From Paramoeba atlantica (taxonomy: Eukaryota > Protista > Discosea), in assembly GCA_977017575.1 (NCBI GenBank), contig CDRNVI010000005.1, forward strand, positions 1-64,000: a DNA stretch of 64,000 nt. Reading direction: 5' to 3'. The position numbers and the translations under genes are program-made. A model generated the notes under the pieces. That model had not been told where the DNA came from. It searched no databases and saw only the letters and a list, made by a program, of their open reading frames with translations. The stretch's first letter is position 1; each line of letters opens with the position of its first letter. Of the stretch, positions 32,714 through 46,012 are shown piece by piece.

Positions 32714-35700
32714 TTTGCTTTGAAAATACGGAATTCCCTACGGGCGCCGTAGGCTCTCAATATAAGTACCGATGGAGGGCAGTGGTGTCAAGTCTTCAGC
32801 GCTGGATTTTCTCGTGAAGGGATCTGCTATTTGGGCGTTGGTAGGTACCCACTTTACTTTCAGGTTAGTGTTTGATGGGATGTACTGCATCCACCTATTG
32901 GCAGTGAAGTTAGTGCTTGCACGCCTCTGGAGGGCCATGGCTACAGGCGCGTTGTCGACGTTCAATAGAATGTCCCGATGTCCTTTTCTGACTGCTGCCA
33001 TAATTCCACCAAGAGCCGCACTCAGCTCTGAGTAGAATATATGGGCTCCGGGCTTTGTCATGCCTTGTTTTGCAGTTTCGGGAATGCCTTGATTGAACAA
33101 CAGAATAGCCCATACGATTGAACTGGCATCAGTCCAAACTTCCACCTTTTCTTCTTTGGGTGTATGACCTATCTTTTTTAACCAAACATTTCGCTTGAGT
33201 GCGGAAAATGCATCAGTCAGTTCGCCTAACAGGTGGTCGGTCGGAGAGAAGGAGATCTCCCAAGACTTTTCGTCGTGCACTTTTCTGGCAACTTTTCCTA
33301 GTGTTTGAAGAAGGTGTGCAAAAGTGCATAGTGGGATTTTCATAACCGTTGCCCTCCACATTAGTAAACCAGAAAGCGTATACAGTTCCACAGCTGTCCA
33401 CGTCCCATTCCCGATTATGTCATTGTATCTTGAATACGCCTTTTCAGTCCACTTTTCTGACATGCAGTACTTCTTATTTTTTAGATCAAATTCAATACCA
33501 AGTACGCACGCTTCCTGTAGTGGCTTCATGGTGAGATCATCTACTTCTAGTTGAACTGCGTGGACTCGGGCGCGAAATTCTTTTGCATGGTTTTCTACTT
33601 CTGACTTGGATTTTCCGAACAAAAGAAAATTGTCTACCCAGGCCAATCCAATGTCCCGGACAATGCAATTTGAAACTCGCTGTGCAATAGCCGGGGCCCA
33701 TGACCATCCCATGGGCATGGAAGAAAATTGAATACTGCATGTTTCTCCTCTAGCGTGACCTAAAACCGCTCCAAAGTAGGATCGGATCTCGGGAGTGAGG
33801 GAAAATTGGTAAAAGTAACTCCGTGCGTCCGCGTGAGCCATCCATTCCGAATCTAGCAGATTTTCAATCACGTTATGTATGGATGGTAGGTGCATTGCGG
33901 GGGGGCATTCGAAAACTCGGTTGAGTTTCCTACAATCGCAGATTAGACGAAGTGTGGAGTCTTTCTTCGGAACTGTAAAGGTACGATGTACTACTATCGG
34001 TCCTTCGGTCTTCTCTACAACCCCCATGCGTAATAAGTCTGGTAAATGATGTCTCATAAATCGAGATACTGGTCGATTGCCTTTAGGTGCACGCAGCATG
34101 TGCGCGTGAAAGGCGTTGACGTTCTGTAGTAGATGTAAAACGTCTAGACTGCCATCGTCATTCATATTGTTCAGTATAGAATATGACAGTCTTGTGGTTG
34201 TGATAGGAGCTATTATTCCCTGATTTTTGTACGCTCGCACGCTCGGTGGTCGGGTGAGCTGCCCGTGAGACATAGACTGATTGTTTGTGTCTTCAATTTT
34301 CTTCGTTGCAATGTTAGCAATGTCCGTTGAATTATGCACGTAGATAGGTTCGGGATTCGGTTCGCCTATAATGTTATCGCTGTCTAGCGTGATCTTACCG
34401 ATGTGCAAGGGGAACCTACCTTGTAATTGACGTTTTAGTATGTAAACAGCTGAATTAGTTTTCTTGTCATGTCCTTTGGTGTTTTCTGGGTTCACAGTAA
34501 TTTTGTCGCGTCCTGTAGCCCTAGGGACAAGGCCACTTCCAGTCGAGGGAGATATATCCACAATGTCTCCAGATCTTTGTGCTTGGCCAACAGCTGTATT
34601 ACCGACAGTGGAACTCCCTCTCTGAGGAGTGATACTAGAGCCCCTCTTTTTACAGAATGTGCCGACAACTCTGCTTTCACCCGCTTCAGCACGGCATTGG
34701 CTCTCAGCGTCGTTAAAGTCGTGAACTTGTCTTCTGGCTTCAGCTTGTCCAATTGGTCCATGAAGATTTTCCACTCCGTCAAGTTGCAAGTCATTGGAAT
34801 AGCAGTCCCTACTCTGAAGGGATCCCCTTTGTGAGTCGGAAACGTTACTCCCAGTATTCTCCGCTCGAGATCTACCACTTGTAAATCTAATTTCCTCAGA
34901 TGTTTGACATCGTCTATTCTGCTGCATGTCTTCCACGCCAAGGTCAGGCCCGCGGCTTCGTCCGGAAGCAGCCATTCGCACGCCTCCAATACTTGTTCGC
35001 GTGTAGCCGGGGGCGCCTGATGCTCCGGTATTTGAGCCCCTTGACGCTGAAGGGATCGCATATAGGCTGTTACAGTCGACTTTTGCAATTGACCCCCAGA
35101 TCGGAATATGATTTGTATCAGACTCTTTGCATACGTATGTGCGGTTTGGATGCTGATGGTACCCCGTTGAGTTTGCGGATTGATTAGTCTCATTTTCGAC
35201 TCCAAGAAGCATATTATACACCAATCTTCGCTTGGAACGTCGTTTCCGAGATTTTCCTTCCAAACTGTATACTGTTTGTACACGCTGGAAAGGTGATTCC
35301 AGCGCGAGTTGGATTTCTCTTCTAATAGACGATCCTGGCCTAGAACGATCATTTGTTGAACGTCGACTGTAGGAATCGCGGCTCTTGTTTCTCTGTTGCC
35401 TTCCACGCGGTCGAGGAAGAGGTCTTCGATCTCCAGTAAGCTCTTTGCTCTTGATCTTGTTACTATCCTTGTAACAGCCCTGTTGCTCGTGGAAGGTTGC
35501 TTGTACTGAGTACTTCGGACATGACTGGTAGTGCCGGCGCCGGTTGTGGTTTCCGTTTGATTTCCGTATGTTTCGTTTCCCTCTTCTTGAAATTGATTTT
35601 TTATGCCCCTTAATAAATATATTTCCAGAATATTCTTCACTGTAAAGATTATTGCCCCTAATGTTGATAGTTCTATTATATTGCCCCTTATATAATCTAT

Positions 35701-36511
35701 TGTTTCTTGGACTAAATTTCTGTTGAATTCTTCGAGTCAGAATTTTTTCCCTTGCGGTTTTGTCATCGGGCCCGCGTTTCGCCCTGTTCGGTCGTTTTCT
35801 GTCTCCATGGCTTTGATCATTGCAGGTAGAATTTTTCCCCGCAGTCCCCCGGTCGTTTTTGCTTCTTCAAGAGCCTGTGCGAAGACGCGGCAGTCCCCAT
35901 GTTGAACGCGAACTTTGTAAGCAACCAACGCCGCCAATATGTTGTCCCCGACCGCCATGTTCCCGTCTGATTTCCATACAAGTCCCATTTTCATTGAGTT
36001 TCGCACCCAAGCCAAAAATGCTAGCAACAAATCGTTCTTCCGATGCTCGTCTTGGTGATAGCGTGGGGCATTGCGTTCGGCAGCTCCAATACCAAAGTAG
36101 CGACGCAAATGAGCGTCCAATTCCACAAAACTACGTCTCCGAGGGTGCCTCGATGAACATCGCCTACGTAGATAACTCAAGCGGTTCGAACGTTCCAGTC
36201 TCTCGGCCTTCAACACGCTCCATCGCAGCGGAGTAAGGGTCAGTGGCGAGTTTCTCCACCCCATGTAATCGAGCATTCGTCGGAGGAAACGTAAGCTCGC
36301 CAAATTTCGCATAGTCCACCAACATAGTTGTTTTCTCTTCGCCAATCTTCTTCACCACTCCCTTCCACATTTCTCCACGTGGCACTTTGTCTGAGGACCA
36401 TAAAACCGCGATAGTGTCGCCAACCTGACTCTCGGCCACAAACCGTCCAATGCGAGAGTCAGATAGTGGGGGGAGGTCATTCATTGTGCGTTTTTTGCTT
36501 TGAAAATACGG
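32714..36511 (-). mobile_element. Tyrosine-recombinase retroelement Y1 (gag-YR-RT/RNaseH, VIPER-like order) bounded by 18-bp direct repeats
   Basis: Gag-like 36484..35737 (frameshifted); YR 34492..35640 (CSRIDD, HSVKRG, LAKH, Y); RT/RH in 32738..35263 (RLICDCRKLN, MPMGWSWAP, WVDN, WTDASS, ADPFTR). Confidence 0.92.
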
Positions 36512-36673
36512 CTAGGATTACAATGAGTTACACATAATTATCCATCGTTTACTTCCATACATGTATGAATACGGTGCATTAAAACGATTTCACATTTTTA
36601 CATGTATTACTCAAAGAGTTCCTGCAATACTAAATGTTATAAATAAATGTTATAAATAAAATAATACGGGCAT

Positions 36674-37040
36674 TTTCTAAAATTTTCATCATGGGCTGAA
36701 AAAGGACTACATGTTTTCGTACGTCCCACTTGGGGATTAGCATCCCACACGGGAGCTTTCAGAACCAAACTTCGCTAAATGTATCCGAAGGCACAGTCAT
36801 TGGAATACGATCCCGTGGAGGATGCAAGAAAAGCACGCTGCAGTACATTGGCATTGCTGGACACAAGCAGGGACACACGTTTCAAGGTTTCTTACCGCCA
36901 CAAGCAAATGTTAGAGTCTACATGATACGATGGAAGATATCGCAAGACCGCAACACTTCCGAAAGTCCAATCGGATATCCAAACGAACCCCATCAAGAGT
37001 CAAGCCTCGCATCGAATGAAAATTCACGCAATCAATGGAC
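36674..37040 (+). pseudogene. Family-A non-LTR N-terminal domain fragment
   Basis: LNVSEGTV...LQYIGI...FQGFLPPQANVRVY matches ORF 22463 and ORFs 49454/51166. Confidence 0.8.
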
Positions 37041-37256
37041 AGTTTTTTTTATATATGTATGTACGGTATGACTTTCTCACTTACTTTCCTACTTGCTCAA
37101 CTTCTTTCCCTCACTTCCCCCCATTTTGAAAACGAGAAAAATATAAAACTAGTAAATATATGCTTTCCCATCTTACCCACTTCCCTTTACCAATCTTTTC
37201 AGCTTTCCAGGGAGGGTGAGGTCTCCCTCTGCTAGGAGGGGCAGACTTTCCCCTAA

Positions 37257-37530
37257 CCATTCGCGCGTTCCGGACCGGGTCTTTCGACCTCTCCCAGCTT
37301 TCCTTGTTAACCCTTCTCTTGTTGTACGAGAGGGCGCAAGCAATGGGCCTGTGCCGACAGCGGCACGGTCGCGGAGCATGATGCTGGCCGACGGGGAGGG
37401 AACAAAGTTCCCAGCCCTTGTCCTACCTCACTTGGAGTACCTAGACCTGGCGGACTAGGCGTGAGCGTAGACCCTGTCGGCATCGACCGGCATCCGGACC
37501 GGCAGTTTGTGTGCCCACGACCTATGTCAC
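37257..37530 (-). repeat. Solo copy of the CRE-like 3' UTR (homologue of ~56540-56821; partial third copy ~37760-37885)
   Basis: Shared GAGAGGTCGAAAGACCCGGTCCGGAACGCGCGAATGG and CCAAGTGAGGTAGGAC. Confidence 0.85.
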
Positions 37531-38041
37531 TACCATAGGTTCCGTGGGTTTTTTTTATACTACTGTGAGATCAATCAATTTTATTTGATTAGTCAAATGG
37601 GCATGTGTATGATTGTTCCTAATGCATTGTAATTTTCAATAGGCAAAAATTTTAATGAAATTATATTTAATTTAATTTGAGGAATTCGCAAAGCATATTT
37701 TCAATCAGGAGAAGGTTGAAGAGAGGCGGTACGAGAAGGAAAAGTGGATGATAAAAGTGGACTTATAATCATTGCACGTTTCGGACCGGGTCTTTCGAGA
37801 AAAAAACCTGATCCTACCTACCTCACGTTGGGGAACCTCACTCGAAAGAGCAAGACGTGAGAGTAAGCACTGTCGGCACGATCAACTACCGTAACGACCA
37901 CATTTCGGAGGCACAGGTCGTAAAGTAAAAGGCATAAGATGGGAGTGCTGTCGGAGAGTCGAGAAAACCGACTACATTCAGAGTCTGAGGCCTCCTAGCC
38001 ACTTTTCGCCCTTGATGTGATTTCGCAGCTGCGACACGATT

Positions 38042-40306
38042 GTGTATGCTGCGAACTTTTCGTTTTCCAAATGGACAGAGCAAGACACCGATCATCTTCC
38101 CATTCCGACCTGCCGAACCATATCGGCAGAATTTGCGCCGAGGGTGGTTGCAGTGTATCGTGAAATAATCAGAATGTATCAACAAAGCGATTATCTTGAA
38201 AGAAACAGAATCTGGCATCGTGCATTGTCGGCTATGAAATTCTCTTTGGCTGAGACGCGAAAGAGCTACGTCAGAAAACGGCGCCGCAAACCTATAATTA
38301 TCGGACATGAGGCAATAGAAGACGAACAGTTAACGGGCGACTTACGTGCTATAAAACGAGCCACTCGATTAGCCCTTGAGGGAAGCGTGACGAAGGCCGC
38401 CAAGATAATGGGCCAAAGCTTTAAGCGGAGCAAATTGACTGACAAAGAGACACTAGAAAAACTTTTAGCTTTACATCCCCAGCATCCTTGCGCTTTCCCA
38501 CTGCCAACTGATGCCCCTGTCATTGCAGGGATAAATGCCGAAGAGCTTAGAAGCGCCGGACGACGATTGGCGAGAGGAGCTAACCCAGGCCCGACTGGTA
38601 CCACAGACATAGTAGTACGATTGCTACTAGATGACGAGATCTGCTGCAACAGTCTTGTCATCATGGTGGAAGACCTTGTCAACGGTTTCTTGAATGATGG
38701 AGTTATGAATCGACTAAATCGATCACGCCTCGTCGCAATTAGCAAATCAGAAACAGAAGTCAGACCGGTAGCAATGGGTGAAGTGATCACAAAGCTTGCA
38801 GGAATAACTCTCCTACAGCGGTACGAAAACACGCTAGCGCCATTATTTGAACCCATACAGCATGGGGTACTCTCCCGTGCTGGGTGCGAAAAGATTGTGC
38901 ACACACTGCATAACAAGTACGAAAAAGGACAGTGCATTCTTTCGCTCGATCTCAAGAACGCCTTTAACACCCCATCCAGAATTGACATCGCAAAAGCCGT
39001 GTTTGCTTTTTCAGCGATGAGACCTTTCCAACGCCTCTTTCATGCTGAGTACTCCAGGGAATCTGAACTGTTGTATTACGGAACAGATGGGCAGCTTGCG
39101 GGAGTAGTACCGAGCACAGCTGGAGTGCGACAGGGCTCACCGTTGGCTACCCTTTACTTCTGTACTCTTATGCAACCAATCTTGGAGACAATGTCAATGG
39201 AATTCCCGGAAGTCAAAATTTTCGCGTACATTGACGATGTGAATCTGTGCTCTTCCAATAAAGCCCAACTCGAATCAGCATTTTTCCGTTTCAAAGAATT
39301 GATCGAGGATAAAAAGTTGGTTCTTTCCTCATCCAAATGTGTCTGGTTCGGGGGGGCATCTGGGGCACAGATACCTATAAAACTGGAACAGTGCAGAGTG
39401 AAGACAGAAGAAAAAGCGATCAAGATTCTTGGAGCGTACATAGGTAACAATGCAACCATCAAAGAGAAGCTGATGCAGAAGCTTGAGAAACATAACGAAA
39501 TTTTTAGACGCCTCAAGATAATGGGTCCGAACAATATTTCACTCCGACTTCTCTCCAAATCAGTGAACATCCGACACTCTTACTTCATGCGCGTGCACGC
39601 CCCGGACAATACTCAAGATTCGGCACTTCAGTTCGATAAAGAGGTAGGAGATGTATTGAAACATTGGTTGGGACCATTGGACCAAGAGCAAATGGAGCTA
39701 GCACGACTCCCCGTTAGCGAAGGCGGGTTGGGTCTTACTGCATGTAATTCGATACGACGCGCAGCTTACGCAGCATCTCGACAAACGATTTTCGAGCGCC
39801 ATAATTCTTTTTCAGCTCAGATTGTCAATCGAAATGCTGTGCGTGCGTCAGAAGAAATACGAAACAGCACAGACACCAATGAAGCGAGCGAACGATCCCA
39901 GAAGCTATCCCACATAGTAAGGTCCACAACCTTCAAAGGAAATTACGACTGGCTGCAGTCAACTGCAAAGTTGGTACCGTCACATCTTTTTAGGCTAGCG
40001 GTATTACCGAGATTAGGAATGCCCCTCCAATCGTCAATGAAAGAAATTCGATGCCCCGGATGCCAAACTGAACTCAACCAACATTCGGTTCTGACCCATC
40101 TACCAGGATGCACTCAATGCAAGGGAATAAATGCCTCATTCAAACATAACACCCTGGTTCGCTACATACACAAGATGTGTCTAAATGCAGGAATTCCTTG
40201 CGAGAAAGAGCCTCGAAGATTCAGCTCAGTTCACTGCACTACATGCCGAGCACCCAGGGGTGTGAACTCTTATGTTATAATTTTGCCGTACGTTGACACT
40301 TTTTGA
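38042..40306 (+). mobile_element. Family-A non-LTR RT ORF (RT domains plus CCHC finger), truncated at both ends
   Basis: RPVAMGE, DLKNAFN, GVRQGSPL, AYIDD, CPGC..HLPGC..C..KHN. Confidence 0.93.
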
Positions 40307-40639
40307 TAGCAACTTTAGTGAGATATTGTTAGCCTCCCAGAGAGATATACATCCCTCCCTATCGCGAACGGGTGTCCGTTATGAGTAAAGCAGGATAACA
40401 ATTTTTATTAAGATAACAATTTTTTTGTTAAGATAACTTTTTTTTTGAAACAAGCAACGGAATGAATTCAATGAATGAGGAAGAGGGGGAATATAGGGTG
40501 TCAAAGGAGGAGATAGGAAAGAAGGAGCATCGAATTATGATTTAAGCATTCTAGAAATGCTTTTCGCTTGTGACATGGGTTCGCTTCTCATAAATAAATA
40601 AATGAATAAATAAATAAATATTCCAGATAGACGTGTCCG

Positions 40640-42141
40640 CTGACTTCTTACAACCGAAGTCCTCCCATCCATTTCTCTGTCGGGATGTAGTCTCTGAGTT
40701 GAGATACTATCGTGTAAGCTGACATCTTCTCAATCTCGAGTTGGAACGCATTGCGCACGTTATCATAGTTCAGCTTCGCTCTTTGTGAGAGAGCCTTTAA
40801 TAGGGCCTTTGTATCAACATGTAGCAGGCCGCAATCTGTTGCGGCCAGACATTTGAATGAATCGCTGTCGACGCCTTTCTCAACCACATATTTCTTGTAC
40901 TTTCTGTCGGCGACCTGTTGCATGAGGGCAGAGCTGGTTTGTTTCGCATAGCTAGTACAGCACGTGTGGACCACTGTAAAATCATAGAGCACCTCACCGA
41001 TGTGAGGCCACATGATGGCAAGATCTGGGCCGGAACGAATGCGGCGGGCTTTGCAAGGATGTTGCTCGGCGACTTCTGCGGAAATCGTGCACTTACATTT
41101 TGTGCAGTGGTACGAAGAGTAAATGCGCGGTTCGATGACACTAGGAAGGCCTGCTTTTGAGCATAACTCTGCGAGGTAACGGACTATGTGTGAATGCTTG
41201 CGGGTAGAGTTCATGCCGGAGCAACGGGAACATCCAGCAACGTGGGGAAGGATGGTTGAAGGAGATTCTTGATTCGAACATCCAGGGCAAATCATTTTGG
41301 CCGGTGCTTTTGACACGCCGATTCCCAAGCGCATCATGAGCGTGTATCTAAAAAGATACGGGTTAACGTAGTTACTTGTATGTTCGAGGTGAAAATTAGC
41401 TTCCTTGGTGCGCTTCAAGATATTTGTTAAGGTTGAGTCTTTTTGTACTTCAATTAATTGCTTGTCATGCGCTTGGCTCAAGTTCTTTTTAAGAAATTTG
41501 CGGGCCTTTTCCGCGCGGCTCTGAGCTTTAGCTTTGACCTTGCCGCTGCCCTCTGAATCTACCGGAGCGTTATTGGGTTCAAATTGCTCTTCAATAGATT
41601 CTCGGGCCGCTGCGAAGTAATATTGTTGTTTCAGAGTGCAAGAAATCAAGCCTAATCCGCCTAGTTTTTGCGGGAGCGCTGCAAGCTTGAGTGCCTGGAC
41701 ATCGGCGCCACACCATTTCTGCAGGACCTCGTGTATGTGCTGCTCGAAAGATTGGGCTAGGTAAAGAGTAGCCTCCGGGCGGTGAACTCTTAAATGGTAG
41801 TCTTGGCGTGGAATTGTACAGCGGCGCAAAATCGCCAGAGAGAGGTTACTCGGGCCCATGAGAAGAAGGCGACGAAATAGGCATTTGTGCTTGTTCAATT
41901 TGCGCAGGAGAAGATCTTCTACCACATTGTCTTTGCCGATATAGGCTCCTAGGATCTTTATCGACTCGGTGCAAAGATTAACGCCTAAGTTTTCTAATGA
42001 AAAGGGTTCGCATGACGCACATTTCTGAAAGAATTCACATTTTTGAAAGTTAACGCATAGATTGAGCTCGGCTGTGGTTTCGCGTAAGTGCAGGAACGCC
42101 GCTTCGAGTGATCGCACGTTGGTGGAACTGAGAGTTTGTTA
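40640..42141 (-). mobile_element. 5'-truncated non-LTR copy (thumb, CCHC, RLE), family B
   Basis: LPQKLGGLGL, CPGC..HVAGC..C..KH, RSGPDLAI..YDFT. Confidence 0.9.
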
Positions 42142-45100
42142 ATTCGCGACAGTTAAAGTTTTAATGACCGTGGTTGACGCTCCTTCAACTCGAGCTTTAC
42201 GGTCGTCGCGTAGTTCTTCCCCTACTGCTGAGTCGCTCGTGCCTACCGAGCCGCTCACGCAGCAGGAATTAAGTCTCGTTTGTACGGTGGCCAGAGAGCG
42301 ATTATTTGTGAAACCCTCGGTGCAGGTGCAAGCATCTTTCCGTCGCAAGGATGATCGTAATGGTGCTCGACAAACGTTGATGGGCAAGCTGCGCAAGGAA
42401 GGTCTTGACTTATGGGGGGTGTGGGAAGATAAGCCGTCTAAGGAGTACCCCTTTCCTCACCCGGATTTGGACTATTTTGAGATTAACATTATTGAGGATC
42501 GCGAGGTGCCGTCATCAGTTGCTAATTCGCAAGTCCCTATTTCTGAGCCAGTGGGATCGTCTGGGGAACTGCCAAGTAGCGCCCAAGAAATGGCAGGGGG
42601 GAGACAGATTGAGGGACCCTCCTTGACGCTTCCGGAGGCCCCACAGGAGGGCAGGCCCAGGCTCCTTGACCCCAACGCATTGAACCCTTATGAACCGATA
42701 ACCTTTGAACCGTGGATTAATGCGTTAGACGACGACGGATTCCGTACCAGAGGTTTGATTCGCGAGCTGAGAGAGGCCCCGGAATTTGGTTTGCATGGTA
42801 ACCGATTTTATTATGATCGGAGCTTCGTTAAGCAGCAGGAACGTGTGTTCAATTCGATTTTTTGCAAGTGGATTGTTTTTGCTCGGTTGATACCAAATTG
42901 GAACCAAGGGGTCTATCTCGAGATGGGACGCGGAATAATTCAAACCCTTCGGGATGCTTACTGGCGGCGCGCCGAGTTGACGTTGATCTCGTCCACCAGA
43001 AAATGGAGAAAGATGTACGCCCAGAGGACAAATTTTATCATCATGTGAGCGATCAGTTAGTCGAACGACAAAAACTGTACGCCCGAGTCCAATCGTTTTC
43101 TACTTTAGGAACGCAAGTTTCACGCCCAAATCCAGTACCTTTTCGTCAGACCGGACCTCTTCAGCGACGAAATTTGTTGTGTTTCGGTTGCCGGTCACCA
43201 GAACATATCTGGCGCAATTGTCCCAAGCGCTTTAATCAGGATTTTCGCTCGCGGGTGGCTTGCCCTGCCGCAGGCAGTAAGAGTTTATGACTAATCCCCA
43301 CCCAAACGGCCAGTATTATAATTACATTCAAACGAAAACAAACAAGCCTTTTTGCGCAAGCCCCGAAGCGGAGGAGAGTGGAATGCAATTTGGTTGTGAA
43401 GGATGTTCAGAACTTAAGCGGGAGGTGCGTACAATCCGAGAGTATTTACGGCGGAACTTTGAGTCTACAGCAGGCGTGTCCAGCACGCTTCAAATTGGTG
43501 AAATTGTTAATGGGGGTGTCCACACTGACACCGGAAATACGAAACGCATTGGATGCCGTGGGAGAGATGTGGAGCACAACAACGTGGCAAGCGAGGGCTC
43601 GCTTGTGGGAAAGACTGACAATGTTTTGTCAGTGGAGGGGAATAGAGGTCACCCAATTCACGCGGTCGCATTTATCGCAAGTTTGCCAATTCGAATCCAA
43701 GCAAAGTTAACGTACGCACGCAGCCTTGCATCAATTCTCAACCTGGCAGGGCAAGTGGTGAATCCTCTGCGCTTCTACGTAAAATCATTGATGGCCGAGG
43801 GGGCGACGGAGCCGCTACGCCAGATGACCCCATTGACTCTGACCGATCTAAATCAACTGTGGCTCCATCTACCGGACAGCGAAAGACATACCTTGCTACT
43901 TTGTTGGAAGGCAGCAAGTCGGTGGTCAGAGACGGCAATGTTGACCCGAGACAAGTTTCACGAGATATCGCCTACCAGGATAGTGATTTGGTGGGGGAGC
44001 CACACAAAAACGTCTCGCTTCAATCCTTACCGCCCGTCAATGTATACGGTAGTGGAAGGTCCGGGAACGAGCCGGCTGGCGAACTATATTTCCAGACTTG
44101 GGGGGTACCAGCCAATGTCTCGAACAACGGTATCCGAAGCGGATCGCCAAATAAGGCGCATTTTGGGGGAAGGATTCGGGACGCACTCTGCCAAGAGGGG
44201 GGCGATAACTCAGTTGTTCGCCGAGGTCGCAAAGGGGGGTACGAGCCTCGAGGAAGTACAGCGGTTAGCGAAGCATCAGTCGCTGGAGTCACTCCTAAGA
44301 TACAATGCAGACCCCGTTACGACGGCGCTAGCGCTGGGTACGCAGAACGCGACAAGCCGGTTAAACATAATGTAGACGCTGATTTTGTTTTTCGCAAGTT
44401 TTTGGAGGACATTCCTCACGAGAAAGTTCGGCATACGATCACACGTACACGACGCACTTCGAAAGTAGCGCTCCCAAAAGATTTTTCCATCCCATTGCAT
44501 GTGAAAAAAGGTATTCCACGCATTGAAGTGCAAGCCCTCAGGAATATGATGAATGAGACTGCGGGAGCTCGATTCGATGAGACGTGGAATACGTTGTTAT
44601 CTTTACCAGGGGTGGCATCTCGGGTTCCCACATATCGATCTTTCTTGCCGGAGGGAGATGTAAAGGAGTTGGTCGACGCGGGTTTCTTTTCGCGTGTGGA
44701 TGCAGAACAGGAGAGTAGTCGCCCCACGATGGATTGGGTAATCCCTTTCACTGTTGTTGAACCGGCCGATGATGGCTCCGAGAGAAGACGTTTTATTGCA
44801 TGGACACAGGAGGATAATGAGCGGATTAAGGAGAGTTACGTGCCATATGTTCCTGTGAGACACGCAGCTTTCTAGCTACACCGCGCGAAGGAACAGAGTG
44901 CGGTGAAGCGTGATCTTGCGTGCGGATTTTGGCAGGTCGCAATTCCGTTATCATGCCGTCAAAAATTTCGTTTCGTGAATAAAATGGGGGACCTGTATGA
45001 GATAACGGTGATGCCGATGGGCCACCGGTGTGCACCGGAGCTGATGCACGCATTAACTGCAACGCTGGCTGGAGATAGAGAATATTGTGAGAACAAAATG

Positions 45101-46012
45101 GCGTTTTTTCATGGAGGCCTCGATACTTATATCGATGGAATTCGATTTGCAGGGAATGACAAGATCACAAACGACTTTGCGCGATTCGTGGACGATAGAG
45201 CGGAGCGGGTGAATGCCTTGTTTAAGGATCATGGTCTTCCACCTGAGCAGCGGTACACATTCAACGGTATAACATATCACCATCGTGAGGGGAAGGTATC
45301 ACTGGGACCAAAATTGACCCGCAGATTAGAGCATGATGAATTTATTGGTGCTACGTATTCATCGTTAGAGGCTGGTGTCGGACGTCTGGTTTTTGCCTCA
45401 GGTGTCATGGGTGTGAATCTACCTCAATATCATCTGGAGTTAAAAATTGTGCGCCGGAGAATCAATAGGTTAAATCGAGAACCCGAACTGCTCGATCAAA
45501 TAGTGCCCTTGCCAACGCCAGTACGGGTTGCGCTAACTGAGTGGCGCGATACCCTTTTATATCGATCGCCGGTGGTTCCGCTTCCGCATCCGGAAACAGT
45601 TCCGCATCGGCACATTTTATGTACAGACGCCTCCTCGAAGGGTTGGGGGGCAGTTTTATATCTGGATTACGGACAAATGTTGTGCACTGGATCTCAATGG
45701 CCCCCTGATTTCGAGTATGAAGTTAACCGCGCGGAAGCGCGGGCTGTTCGCTTGGCCTTTCAAAAATATGGTCATCATTTTAACTCGGATACATGCGTCG
45801 ACCTATATGTTGACAATACTTCGTGCGTTGCTGCGATAAATAGAAAAATGTCACGTTCAGACGGTATAACTTCTGAGCTACGCCGGTTGTTAGATTTCTT
45901 AAAGCGTAAAGGTGTCGCCGTTCAGGCACAGTATATTTGTTCGAGCGAAAATCCGGCCGATCCTTATAGTAGACTCTGCACGGTAGACTCGGATAAAGCA
46001 GATGTCATGTAG
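42140..46012 (+). mobile_element. YR retroelement Y2 (gag-YR-RT/RNaseH), inactivated by small lesions
   Basis: CCHC CFGCRSPEHIWRNC; YR ASRWSE, HSAKRG, LAKH, Y; RT MPMGHR, YIDG; RH TDASS; 1-bp frameshifts at ~42965 and ~43655; TAG at 44873. Confidence 0.93.

Noticed and set aside
38575-38600. ANPGP as a viral 2A peptide (as in L1Tc)
   Set aside because: Lacks D(V/I)ExNPGP; aligns with APGP/SPGP of RT domain 0 in the paralogues
44873-44875. Genome-wide stop-codon reassignment (isolated stops at 5221, 27206, 44873 and 63746)
   Set aside because: SHMT and Y3 are long stop-free ORFs ending in normal stops; the isolated stops are of mixed types and fit point mutation
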